64,000 nucleotides of DNA, from contig CAWUKT010000009.1 in the NCBI GenBank assembly GCA_963923035.1, forward strand, positions 64,163-128,162, read 5' to 3'. The notes below the pieces were generated by a model. It saw only the letters and a program-made list of their open reading frames with translations. It was not told the origin of the DNA and searched no databases. Source of the stretch: an uncultured bacterium. Lineage in GTDB: Bacteria; Bacteroidota; Bacteroidia; J057; JADKCL01. The position numbers were made by a program, and so were the translations under genes. Positions 1-7,597 of the stretch are shown here, piece after piece (within the stretch, counting starts at the first letter, position 1; each line of letters opens with the position of its first letter).

Positions 1-677
1 AATGAACCCAGCAGGAAGCCACCGACTCCAGTGAAGGCGTGCCACAAGAAGTGAGTGCCCATGGGCAGAACCTCCGTGACGACAGGCCACGGATCGGCTT
101 CCCGACACAACAGGGCGGTCCCAAAGGCGAGGAAAGTGGCGATGATGGTAAAGGTCCCTTTTCCTTTCATTTGAACCAGCAAAATGATCAACGGAATCAA
201 AAAGCCGAGTCCTCCTACGGCATAACTGAGGTTGATGGAGAGGGGAGGTTCAAAACTGGACGCCACCCCAAATCTAGCCGCCCCCAAGGCAATGATGACC
301 AGCGTGGTGATATGCCATTTTCGGAGGACCTTGGCCCAGAGGTAAATGGTGACGGCGAGGGTCACTACGGCCGCTGGCGCAAAGTCCATGACCAGCAGGG
401 CATTGGAGGAGCGGGTGGCGTGGAAAAGGGTGCTGCCCAATCCATTGAGGAAGAGGAAAGGCATACAGAGAGTGAGGAACCAGTACTGACGGTACCGTCC
501 CCAGAGCCGCCACGCCCAATAGACGGCGGGCAAGGCAATCAACAACGACGACCACGCGTTGAAGGGTTCTACGATGACTTCTCCCGGAACATTCGCGGTT
601 TCGGCATAAATAGGTCCGAAATCGAGTATCCCAAGATGGTCACGGATCAAGCTGTCGGAGTTGATAGGATTTGCCAT
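1..677 (-). CDS. Alkaline-ceramidase-like (CREST superfamily) integral membrane hydrolase; 3' end runs off the window
   Basis: Absent from the ORF track because there is no stop inside the window. My reverse-strand translation from ATG 677-675 gives MANPINSDSLIRDHLG..VEPFNAWSSLLIALP..GSTLFHATRS..LLVMDFAP..GTHFLWHAFTG. This is a multi-TM protein with the ceramidase-type N/S, FH, D and HxxxH motif order. Confidence 0.6.
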   Translation of the reverse strand, partial: MANPINSDSLIRDHLGILDFGPIYAETANVPGEVIVEPFNAWSSLLIALPAVYWAWRLWGRYRQYWFLTLCMPFLFLNGLGSTLFHATRSSNALLVMDFAPAAVVTLAVTIYLWAKVLRKWHITTLVIIALGAARFGVASSFEPPLSINLSYAVGGLGFLIPLIILLVQMKGKGTFTIIATFLAFGTALLCREADPWPVVTEVLPMGTHFLWHAFTGVGGFLLGS

Positions 678-795
678 TTCTCAGTTTAAAGCTAAGGTAA
701 TTTTCCGCAAAGCAGCTTCCCCATTACCGAATGCTGCTCCCCATTTCAGTAGGTCTAACTGATAAACTGAGAGATTGTGAGATTTTGCTAAGGAT

Positions 796-1494
796 TTATT
801 CAATTTTATCTGTCAACCAGACGGCTCCAGCAATGGATTCTCCGCGGGCCGCGGCCCGGCAGGCCTGATCGGCCCGTCGCATGGGTTCGATGACCCGATA
901 GGGACCACCCATGGCGAGAACGGCTTGGACCGCCCGGTCCAGATTGATCAGGTGTCCCACGCTCACAAAGACCGGCTTCACGCCGGTCACCGTCCGCAAG
1001 GCCATGCCCACGACCTGGCCCTGGCACTTGATTTCCAGGCAACTGCCCTGTTCCGATCCCAGATCGTCCTGAAATGGGAGCAGGCTCTCCTTGGCCAGCC
1101 CGATGCAGGGCTTGTTCATCTCCAATCCCAGCCAGCTGGCCACTCCGAACAGTCGGGGATGGGCGCGCCCGTGGCCATCGACCACGAGGCAATCGATCTG
1201 GTCGAGGGCCATGCGCTGCAAGGCCGATCGCAGCACCGGACCTTCGCGAAAGGCGAAAAATCCCGGTTGGTACTCGGCTCGGACCGCTTCCTGGGTCAGG
1301 TAGGTTTTGATGTGGCGGTCGGGAAATTCGTGCAGGTCAATGGCGACGAAGGCCGTGGTGTCCAGGTATTGGACGTCGAGGGTGGCAATGATTTGGCCGG
1401 GATGGGGAATCCCGGGGTCGGAGGGATGCTCGGTGAGCACCTGGGCCGCCAGCGCTTGTTGCTGGCGTTTCATTTCATCTGGCGTCCATTCCAT
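796..1494 (-). CDS. nfi: Endonuclease V (deoxyinosine 3' endonuclease)
   Basis: The translation has EYQPGFFAFREGP and VVDGHGRAHPRLFGVASWLGL, matching the PGxLxFRE and DGxGxxHPRxxGxAsHxG motifs of Nfi. Start is ambiguous between ATG 1494 (MEWTPDEMKRQQQ) and ATG 1473 (MKRQQQ), which lies 1 nt after the upstream stop. Confidence 0.85.
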   Translation of the reverse strand: MEWTPDEMKRQQQALAAQVLTEHPSDPGIPHPGQIIATLDVQYLDTTAFVAIDLHEFPDRHIKTYLTQEAVRAEYQPGFFAFREGPVLRSALQRMALDQIDCLVVDGHGRAHPRLFGVASWLGLEMNKPCIGLAKESLLPFQDDLGSEQGSCLEIKCQGQVVGMALRTVTGVKPVFVSVGHLINLDRAVQAVLAMGGPYRVIEPMRRADQACRAAARGESIAGAVWLTDKIE

Positions 1495-4006
1495 GCCACG
1501 CCATTTCAAATTCAATTTCCGGGAATGCACTCCTGAATTGTCTTCTCCAGCTGAGCTGGAGGGGCTGCCATTCTGCTTCGCGAGATGGGTTGAGCTTTCC
1601 GTAGAGCCGGGTTTGAAGTGTACCGGTATCGGCTGTCCATTCGCCCATTGGCTGCAAAGGGCCGTCGATCAGGGGGCTTAGCTCCTCTATCCAGGCCTGT
1701 TCTTCGATCCATCCGCGGGCGGCAGCCTGTGCATCGGTATCGGTAACCCCGATGGTCAGGGAAAGGTAAGTTTCCGAGGATGGGGCGGGCGAGGAGAAAA
1801 AGTCCAGCCAGGAGGCCTCGCCGCGTTGGATGCGCCAAATGGTATCCAAACCCTGCCGAAATTCCTCCTGGAGGTGGAGCAGAATGGCGGAGGGCACCTT
1901 GGAAGTGGTATTCGTGGGGGGAAATCCAACGGACAGTACCTGCATTGGAGCGTCAAACTGGGCGGTATAGTAGCCCTCGCGGACGGTGAGCGGATTCCGC
2001 CAATCGTGCTGGATCAGCCGCTGGAACATGTTTTCCAACCATTTCTCCGGCATTTCTTCCGCCTCCGTTCCCGCCAACATCAACAGCCAGGCCATAATCG
2101 ATGGGTATCCCCACTGGGGCTGGTTGATGTTCCGGGCGCTGGTCCACAATTGGAGGGCGTGGAAGGCGTTCCCGAAGATCGCCAATCCGGCATCGAGGTG
2201 CCGACGCAAGGCTGCGACTTCCAGCGATATGGTCAGGACGGCCTGGTCTGCGTCGGAAAAGCGTTTGAATGCTTCGGTCGGCAATTGGCTCGGACGGACC
2301 AGGGGAATGTCCTCCGGGTAGCTGACATAGGCCAGGTTGATGTCGAGTCCTCCGGTTTGCAATCGGCTTCCCTCTAGGGTATCCACACCATCGTTTTCGC
2401 GCCAGAATTGTTGGAAGGCGGCCAGTTTTTGCCGGCCCACGACCAGCAAATCGAGCCCAACAGCGGGAACTTTTATGTCGAGACCGCTCAGTCCCACCGT
2501 CCAATGACGGCTGTGGGTATCCCACCGCTGCAATGTCATTTTGACCAGGGCATCCGCTTTTCGCCGATTCACAAGTTCCAACGCATTGAGTTGTAAGCCG
2601 CCCATGGCCAGGGCCGTCGTCAGATTTTGATCACGAAGCCGGAACCGGTGCTTCTTACCCGCACCTGTATCCCAGGGGATCACTTTCCGGACCACCATAG
2701 GGCCGTCGCCCCGTCGACTCAGGAGGCAGAGCGCGCCGACCTCATCTTTCCAATCGATCAGCACCTTTTCAAGGTCTTGCTTGGTATCCATCGCATTCCA
2801 TTGGCCGGGAATCTTGGCGATGGTGAGGTGCGGCTGAAAATCACCGTGGCGGTCCTGCTCGGTGCATTGCGGGAAGACTTCCTGGCAGATTTCCTGGAGT
2901 TGTCGGAACCGGTCGGTGGCATGGGCATCGGGTTTCCACCACAAGACGGTCTTCCGCCTCTGCTCAAAGTGGCCAATACCGCTGATTTCCAGTGAGAAGG
3001 AGGCTTCTTCTGAGAAGGCGAGTGAAAGGGCCGCGGCCGCAGCAGGAAACAAGGCATCGGGAATGAACCCGTAGAGCAGGTTGATATGGGGCATCCAACG
3101 GGAGAAGTCAGGATCGATATCCCGCCGAATGGACTGGATCGGCCCCCACAGGTGGGGCGGCGGAACGTAGGCCAGGGCCGAGCGGTGGGTGATCGGAGCT
3201 TCGGCCAGGTGCCGGTAGGAGGGATTCAGGAGAAAAGTCGCGACCAGAATTCCCTGTGAGGGAGATTCGGCTTGCCAGGGAACCAATTGGGCGTGGGGGC
3301 TGGCAAATGCGATGTGGGGCGTATCGGGATGCGGAGTGTCGGGCTGCAAGCGTTCCCAAAGGTCCGTTTCGAGGGGCTGGGAATGGATGGCGACCGAGGG
3401 CATATCGGAAGCGAGGCTGGGACCGAGGTGAAATTGAAAGGGTTGGGCGTTGAAGGAAAAGCGGAGGCCCAGGTGGTCTTCCCGTTGGATTTGGGAGGGG
3501 GCAAAGGGGGAATAAACGGTGCCAGCGCCCTCAGGGGCGTCCCAGCGGTACCAGCCCGCAAGGGCGGGCAACCAGGAGGGCGGGGAACCCGCTGCCACCA
3601 CAAAATCCATTTTGAGGACCAGGGAGGCCGCGTCAGCGGGCGCAGGGGCATTTTCCTCGACCACCATCCACCGCAGCCATTCGACTTTGTAATTGTCACC
3701 GCCTGCTTCCGGATCGGTTGGAGACTCATTTTCCCGCCAAATCTCCTCCGGTTTCGATTCTCCCGATCCAAACACCCGGTCTTTGCGCGTTGCCCGGTCC
3801 CAAATCCGTTCCCCATCCAACACAAAGTACCAGACCCGTGACCAAGGAATCCGGCCGCCAGGATAAAATTCCGTCAGCTCCATTTCCATGGTGCCGGAAT
3901 GGCGGTCTTCGTAGCCAATCCGAATCCGGTCGAGCGGGAATTCACCACTCCATTTCAGGCGGTGGTAAACATCTTCAGAACTGCGCAGGGGACGTTTGGG
4001 GGCCAT
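1475..4006 (-). CDS. Multidomain RNA-end processing protein: MJ1316/DUF504-like N-terminus, 2H phosphoesterase, poly(A)-polymerase-like nucleotidyltransferase
   Basis: 843-aa ORF. N-terminus is DVYHRLKWSGEFPLDRIRIGYEDRH..IPWSRVWYFVLDGERIWDRATRKD (MJ1316 pattern). Two HxT/N motifs (WMPHINLLYGF and QPHLTIAKI) mark a 2H fold. GLSGLDIKVPAVGLDLLVVG followed by GGLDINLAYV is a pol-beta/PAP-type NTase signature. Confidence 0.85.
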   Translation of the reverse strand: MAPKRPLRSSEDVYHRLKWSGEFPLDRIRIGYEDRHSGTMEMELTEFYPGGRIPWSRVWYFVLDGERIWDRATRKDRVFGSGESKPEEIWRENESPTDPEAGGDNYKVEWLRWMVVEENAPAPADAASLVLKMDFVVAAGSPPSWLPALAGWYRWDAPEGAGTVYSPFAPSQIQREDHLGLRFSFNAQPFQFHLGPSLASDMPSVAIHSQPLETDLWERLQPDTPHPDTPHIAFASPHAQLVPWQAESPSQGILVATFLLNPSYRHLAEAPITHRSALAYVPPPHLWGPIQSIRRDIDPDFSRWMPHINLLYGFIPDALFPAAAAALSLAFSEEASFSLEISGIGHFEQRRKTVLWWKPDAHATDRFRQLQEICQEVFPQCTEQDRHGDFQPHLTIAKIPGQWNAMDTKQDLEKVLIDWKDEVGALCLLSRRGDGPMVVRKVIPWDTGAGKKHRFRLRDQNLTTALAMGGLQLNALELVNRRKADALVKMTLQRWDTHSRHWTVGLSGLDIKVPAVGLDLLVVGRQKLAAFQQFWRENDGVDTLEGSRLQTGGLDINLAYVSYPEDIPLVRPSQLPTEAFKRFSDADQAVLTISLEVAALRRHLDAGLAIFGNAFHALQLWTSARNINQPQWGYPSIMAWLLMLAGTEAEEMPEKWLENMFQRLIQHDWRNPLTVREGYYTAQFDAPMQVLSVGFPPTNTTSKVPSAILLHLQEEFRQGLDTIWRIQRGEASWLDFFSSPAPSSETYLSLTIGVTDTDAQAAARGWIEEQAWIEELSPLIDGPLQPMGEWTADTGTLQTRLYGKLNPSREAEWQPLQLSWRRQFRSAFPEIEFEMAWHGMDAR

Positions 4007-4196
4007 GGAGCGAATTTCAACGAAAAATCAACGGGAAGCAATTTCCCCTGCGCCTTTGACAGAGGTTGTCCAGGTTCGATCCTACTTTGAGGGTGTATCC
4101 AGAACAACCCAGAACCTAGAACCATGATGAATCCAGTAAATTGTTTGAAGCGTCTTTTTCGTTGGTGGAACTACGTCTTGAATTGGGCGGGAAAAT

Positions 4197-4217
4197 CGCA
4201 TTCGTGGGCCGAATGCG
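4197..4217 (-). terminator. Candidate intrinsic terminator after the desaturase/orphan gene pair
   Basis: Perfect 8-bp stem cgcattcg/cgaatgcg with a 5-nt loop. On the minus strand it is followed by ATTTTCCC. It lies 48 nt downstream of the stop at 4265. Confidence 0.45.
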
Positions 4218-4264
4218 GGCCCACGGAGCCGTGTTGTGATGCCGTGGCCTTGCTCCAGTGCTGA

Positions 4265-4741
4265 TCAGCGGAAGTGTTGTTCCATTTCGGTGAAATGGGG
4301 ATGGGACACAATTTGGGGGTAGCGCCGCAAAATATCCTGCCAGAGGGACTGCCGGAAGTCGCCGAAGCCTTCTTTGAACTCGCGGAAATCCAGCCGAATC
4401 GTCGGCTGGCTGCGGTCCTTCAGGTTTTTGATCAAAAACAGATTGTCTTCCTTGACCAGGAGCAGGTCAAACCGCTGCTCCGGATCCGAAAAATTGATTT
4501 CGTCGAGGCGCATCCGCCCCATGATGCTCAATTGGCGCCGCAATTGCACTCCAAACCACAACAAATCAATGTCTTCCAGCACAATTCGCCGCTCGGGGTT
4601 CCATTTCTCCGAAATCTCCATGTTCCCGTACAGCACTTCCCGCGCACCCACCCGCTGCTGCTCTGTCGTAGGGAGCCGACCCCCCTCCAATTCAGGCGAT
4701 TGGTTGGTCCATTGGTAAGCGATCCCGTTCAAATCCTTCAT
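4265..4741 (-). CDS. Hypothetical protein (158 aa), translationally coupled to the upstream desaturase gene
   Basis: Long ORF. ATG at 4741-4739 overlaps the upstream TGA (4740-4738) as ATGA. No motif recognised. The longer ORF-track start at 4858 would overlap the desaturase by 120 nt. Confidence 0.6.
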   Translation of the reverse strand: MKDLNGIAYQWTNQSPELEGGRLPTTEQQRVGAREVLYGNMEISEKWNPERRIVLEDIDLLWFGVQLRRQLSIMGRMRLDEINFSDPEQRFDLLLVKEDNLFLIKNLKDRSQPTIRLDFREFKEGFGDFRQSLWQDILRRYPQIVSHPHFTEMEQHFR

Positions 4742-5649
4742 GACTGTGCTTTCGTAGAGGACGAAGATATTTGCTTCCGCATTTGATTGGCTGTCAGGGT
4801 GCTGCCATCGTGGGACCATCCGGGCGGCGCGAAAACATACCGCCATTTGTCTCCCCATTTGGGAGATTTTTGAAGGTCCCGGAGCAGCTGCGCGTACTCA
4901 TGGGTCGCGATCCGAAACGGATTGTTCGTCGCAATATTGGTCGTCAAGCCATATTCGACCGGTTCCTCATCTCGCTCCGGCTCAAATGTCCCGAACAACC
5001 GGTCCCAAATGATGAGGATTCCGGCGTGGTTGCGGTCGAGGTAGCGGACATTGGACCCGTGGTGGACGCGGTGGTGAGACGGCGTATTGAAAATGAATTC
5101 GACGATGCGGGGAAATTTGCGGACGGTTTCGGTGTGGAGGAAAAATTGGTAGACCAGGCTGATGGACATCATGGTCAGGACCATCAGCGGATGGAAACCG
5201 ATGAGGGGTAGCCACAGGTACCAGATATATTTGTGGAAGAGTTCACCCCAGCTTTGACGCAGCGCTACGGCGAGGTTGTACTGTTGGGAGGAATGGTGGT
5301 TGACATGGGCCGCCCAGAACAAGCGGATTTCGTGGCAGGAGCGGTGGTGGAGGTAAAAGGAAAAGTCATCCGCGAGGAAGAGGAGGAGCCATGCCCACCA
5401 CTGAGATCCGATGTCGAAGATGGCATATTGGTGGATGAAGGAAAAGACGAGGAAAACGACCACCTTCACGCCCAGGTTGATGATGGCGCTTCCGAAGCCC
5501 ATCGCCAGGGAAGCCCACGCATCTTTGTTGTCGTAGGCTTTCCGTTGCTGGCGTTGACGAACGTAAATCTCCAGCCCGATGAACACGAAGAACAACGGGA
5601 CCGCCACACCGAGGACGGGATCCATGAAGAGACGTTCTGGTAAATCCAT
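4738..5649 (-). CDS. Fatty acid hydroxylase / sterol desaturase family membrane protein
   Basis: Histidine boxes HHRSCHE, HVNHHS and HHRVHHGS sit in a multi-TM protein, typical of the di-iron FA_hydroxylase superfamily. Confidence 0.85.
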   Translation of the reverse strand: MDLPERLFMDPVLGVAVPLFFVFIGLEIYVRQRQQRKAYDNKDAWASLAMGFGSAIINLGVKVVVFLVFSFIHQYAIFDIGSQWWAWLLLFLADDFSFYLHHRSCHEIRLFWAAHVNHHSSQQYNLAVALRQSWGELFHKYIWYLWLPLIGFHPLMVLTMMSISLVYQFFLHTETVRKFPRIVEFIFNTPSHHRVHHGSNVRYLDRNHAGILIIWDRLFGTFEPERDEEPVEYGLTTNIATNNPFRIATHEYAQLLRDLQKSPKWGDKWRYVFAPPGWSHDGSTLTANQMRKQISSSSTKAQS

Positions 5650-5716
5650 GCAACTTTTTATCTCTGTAAAAATACGGATTCAGTTGCAGATGGACAATGG
5701 GGAAAAGAACGGGTGC

Positions 5717-7597
5717 CTAAAAGCGCACCCGTAAACCGGCCTGGTAGCCCAGAAATCCGCGGTGGCGGATCCGTTCGGCGTAGGATTCCAGGAAGTAATT
5801 CTGGCCAATATTGGAGGGCAATTCACCCGCAAAATCACCGTCGGTGACCATTTGGTGATGCAGGGCAGGGCCTCCGTAGACTTCAAGCCAGGGCAATGGC
5901 CGCACCAACGCGGAGGGGCGAATGGCCTGGACGAGGTGAAGGCGATGGCCCAATTCTTCTTCCACGACCTGTTGCAGGTTGTACTCGAGCTCGAGGTCCA
6001 GCCAGGAAGTGATGCCAATATGGGTACCGAATCCCCCGCCGTAGGTCCAGCCGGGATTATTGGTGTCGCGGATGCGGGCGCCGACTGCAAGGAGAAAATA
6101 GATTCGGTCCGTTCCAGTCCGCAAGCCAAATTCTACATCGTTGATGGTATTGTTGGTCAGTCCGACGGAGCGGTAGCCATTTTTGGACCAGTTTACCAGG
6201 CCGATGGCGGTGCCGTCGAGGGTATCGGCCACATTGATGAGGCCGATTTGGATGCCCTTGATGTACTTGGCGCGGTTGTACAAGCCGGAGATTTGAAAAC
6301 CGGTAATGGAATCGCTGGCGCTGTTGTACAGCCCGGAAATTTGACCACCTCCGACTTTTCCATTCGCCGTATTTCCTAATCCCGCAATCTGCATTCCTCC
6401 AATTTCTTTGCCTTTGTTCACCAGCCCTGCGATCTGGCCGGTCTTCACGTGCCCCTTCGAGACATTGACCAGGCCCGCAATTTGGCCGCCATCGACGGCT
6501 TCGGGGGCCATATTGGTGACGCCCGCGATTTGGAGGCCGGAGACATGCTGCTGGCAGAGGTTGGCGATTCCAGAAATCTGGATGCCCTGGATCGAGTCGC
6601 CGACGAGGTTGTAAATGCCGCCGATCTGGACCCCTTGGACCGATCCTTTGACATGGTTGTTGATCCCACCGACCTGTACGCCGGTCATGCTTCCGCCTAC
6701 GATATTGGCGATTCCGCCGACTTGGACGCCCATCACATCCTCGCGGATCAGGTTGGCAATGCCACCAATTTCAACGCCCTGGAGGCCTTGGGAATAGCCC
6801 GCCAGCAAATTGATGGAGAGGTGGTTGGTCATGCCGCCGCTCATGGAGCCATTCGTGCCGATGGACGGGACGAGGGAAATCTGGACGGGGAACCGCGCCA
6901 AAGCGTGGTTGATGTTGAAGGCCCGGCGGCGCTGGGGTTCGGGCACGAAGAAGTTGGCGAGGGGAAGTTCTTCGGTGAATTGGTCGCCGACGAGGCTGAC
7001 CATTTGGGGATCGAGGATCTCCCGCGGCAGCGGCATCAGGCCCACCGTGAGGTTGTTGGTGGCATTGGGGCGGACCACAATCACCGTGTCGCGGTAGCCG
7101 TACCGCGAAAAGGAAACCGGAACCTGGTTGAGCCGACCGGGAATCTGGATGCTGTATTTTCCTTCCTTGTCCGTCAGGGTCGATTCATGCTTCTCCGATT
7201 CGTAAACCGTCGCGTATTCGATTTTTTCTCCCGTCTTCCCATCGATCAGGTAACCACTCAGCGTGATGAATTCAGGCTCCTCGGGAGTTTTCTGGATGTT
7301 CAGACGCAATACCACATGGTTGCCCACGGACGTAAAGGTCATTTGCTCCCCAAACAATTCCTCCAAGCCAAACCGGACCGTTTCCCGGCGCAGTTGGAGA
7401 GAGACGACGGAATCGGGATTGATGATGTCGCTGTTGTAGGCAAAGGAAAACTTCCCGGCTTCGGCCATTTGGTCAAGGGCCTTGTTGAGGGCATCCTGCT
7501 GGACACGCACCGAGATTTTGCGGGCGAGGGGATTGGTTTGGGAAAATAGGGCCAGAGGGAGGCAGAAGAGGAGGAAAAAGGCAAATTTAGCAGCCAT
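5717..7597 (-). CDS. STN domain + carboxypeptidase-regulatory-like domain + 16-residue-repeat outer-membrane protein
   Basis: Signal peptide MAAKFAFFLLFCLPLALFSQ. STN-like segment ISVRVQQDALNKALDQMAEAGKFSFAY. CarboxypepD_reg-like segment ITLSGYLIDGKTGEKIEYATVY. About 13 tandem GxQ[IV]xG[IL]xN repeats. C-terminal ..GYQAGLRVRF ends in an aromatic residue as OMPs do. Start chosen at ATG 7597 (signal peptide); the ORF extends to 7702. Confidence 0.8.
   Translation of the reverse strand: MAAKFAFFLLFCLPLALFSQTNPLARKISVRVQQDALNKALDQMAEAGKFSFAYNSDIINPDSVVSLQLRRETVRFGLEELFGEQMTFTSVGNHVVLRLNIQKTPEEPEFITLSGYLIDGKTGEKIEYATVYESEKHESTLTDKEGKYSIQIPGRLNQVPVSFSRYGYRDTVIVVRPNATNNLTVGLMPLPREILDPQMVSLVGDQFTEELPLANFFVPEPQRRRAFNINHALARFPVQISLVPSIGTNGSMSGGMTNHLSINLLAGYSQGLQGVEIGGIANLIREDVMGVQVGGIANIVGGSMTGVQVGGINNHVKGSVQGVQIGGIYNLVGDSIQGIQISGIANLCQQHVSGLQIAGVTNMAPEAVDGGQIAGLVNVSKGHVKTGQIAGLVNKGKEIGGMQIAGLGNTANGKVGGGQISGLYNSASDSITGFQISGLYNRAKYIKGIQIGLINVADTLDGTAIGLVNWSKNGYRSVGLTNNTINDVEFGLRTGTDRIYFLLAVGARIRDTNNPGWTYGGGFGTHIGITSWLDLELEYNLQQVVEEELGHRLHLVQAIRPSALVRPLPWLEVYGGPALHHQMVTDGDFAGELPSNIGQNYFLESYAERIRHRGFLGYQAGLRVRF
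6176..6778 (-). repeat. Intragenic tandem array, ~48-bp period (about 13 copies of a 16-aa GxQxxGxxN unit)
   Basis: Units read from the translation: GVEIGGIANLIREDVM / GVQVGGIANIVGGSMT / GVQVGGINNHVKGSVQ / GVQIGGIYNLVGDSIQ / GIQISGIANLCQQHVS / GLQIAGVTNMAPEAVD, and so on. The periodicity also produces the stack of shadow ORFs listed for 6408-6800. Confidence 0.8.

Noticed and set aside
39-689. 216-aa plus-strand ORF at the left edge.
   Set aside because: The translation is low-complexity (G/E/R/Q-rich) with no motifs. It is antisense to a much more convincing multi-TM ceramidase-like reading frame on the minus strand.
4073-4082. GGTTCGATCC, a tRNA T-loop-like decamer in the intergenic region upstream of the RNA-end fusion gene.
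   Set aside because: The flanking bases (CCAGG / CTACT) cannot form a T-stem, and no acceptor or anticodon arms can be drawn. It is not a tRNA or a convincing tRNA remnant.
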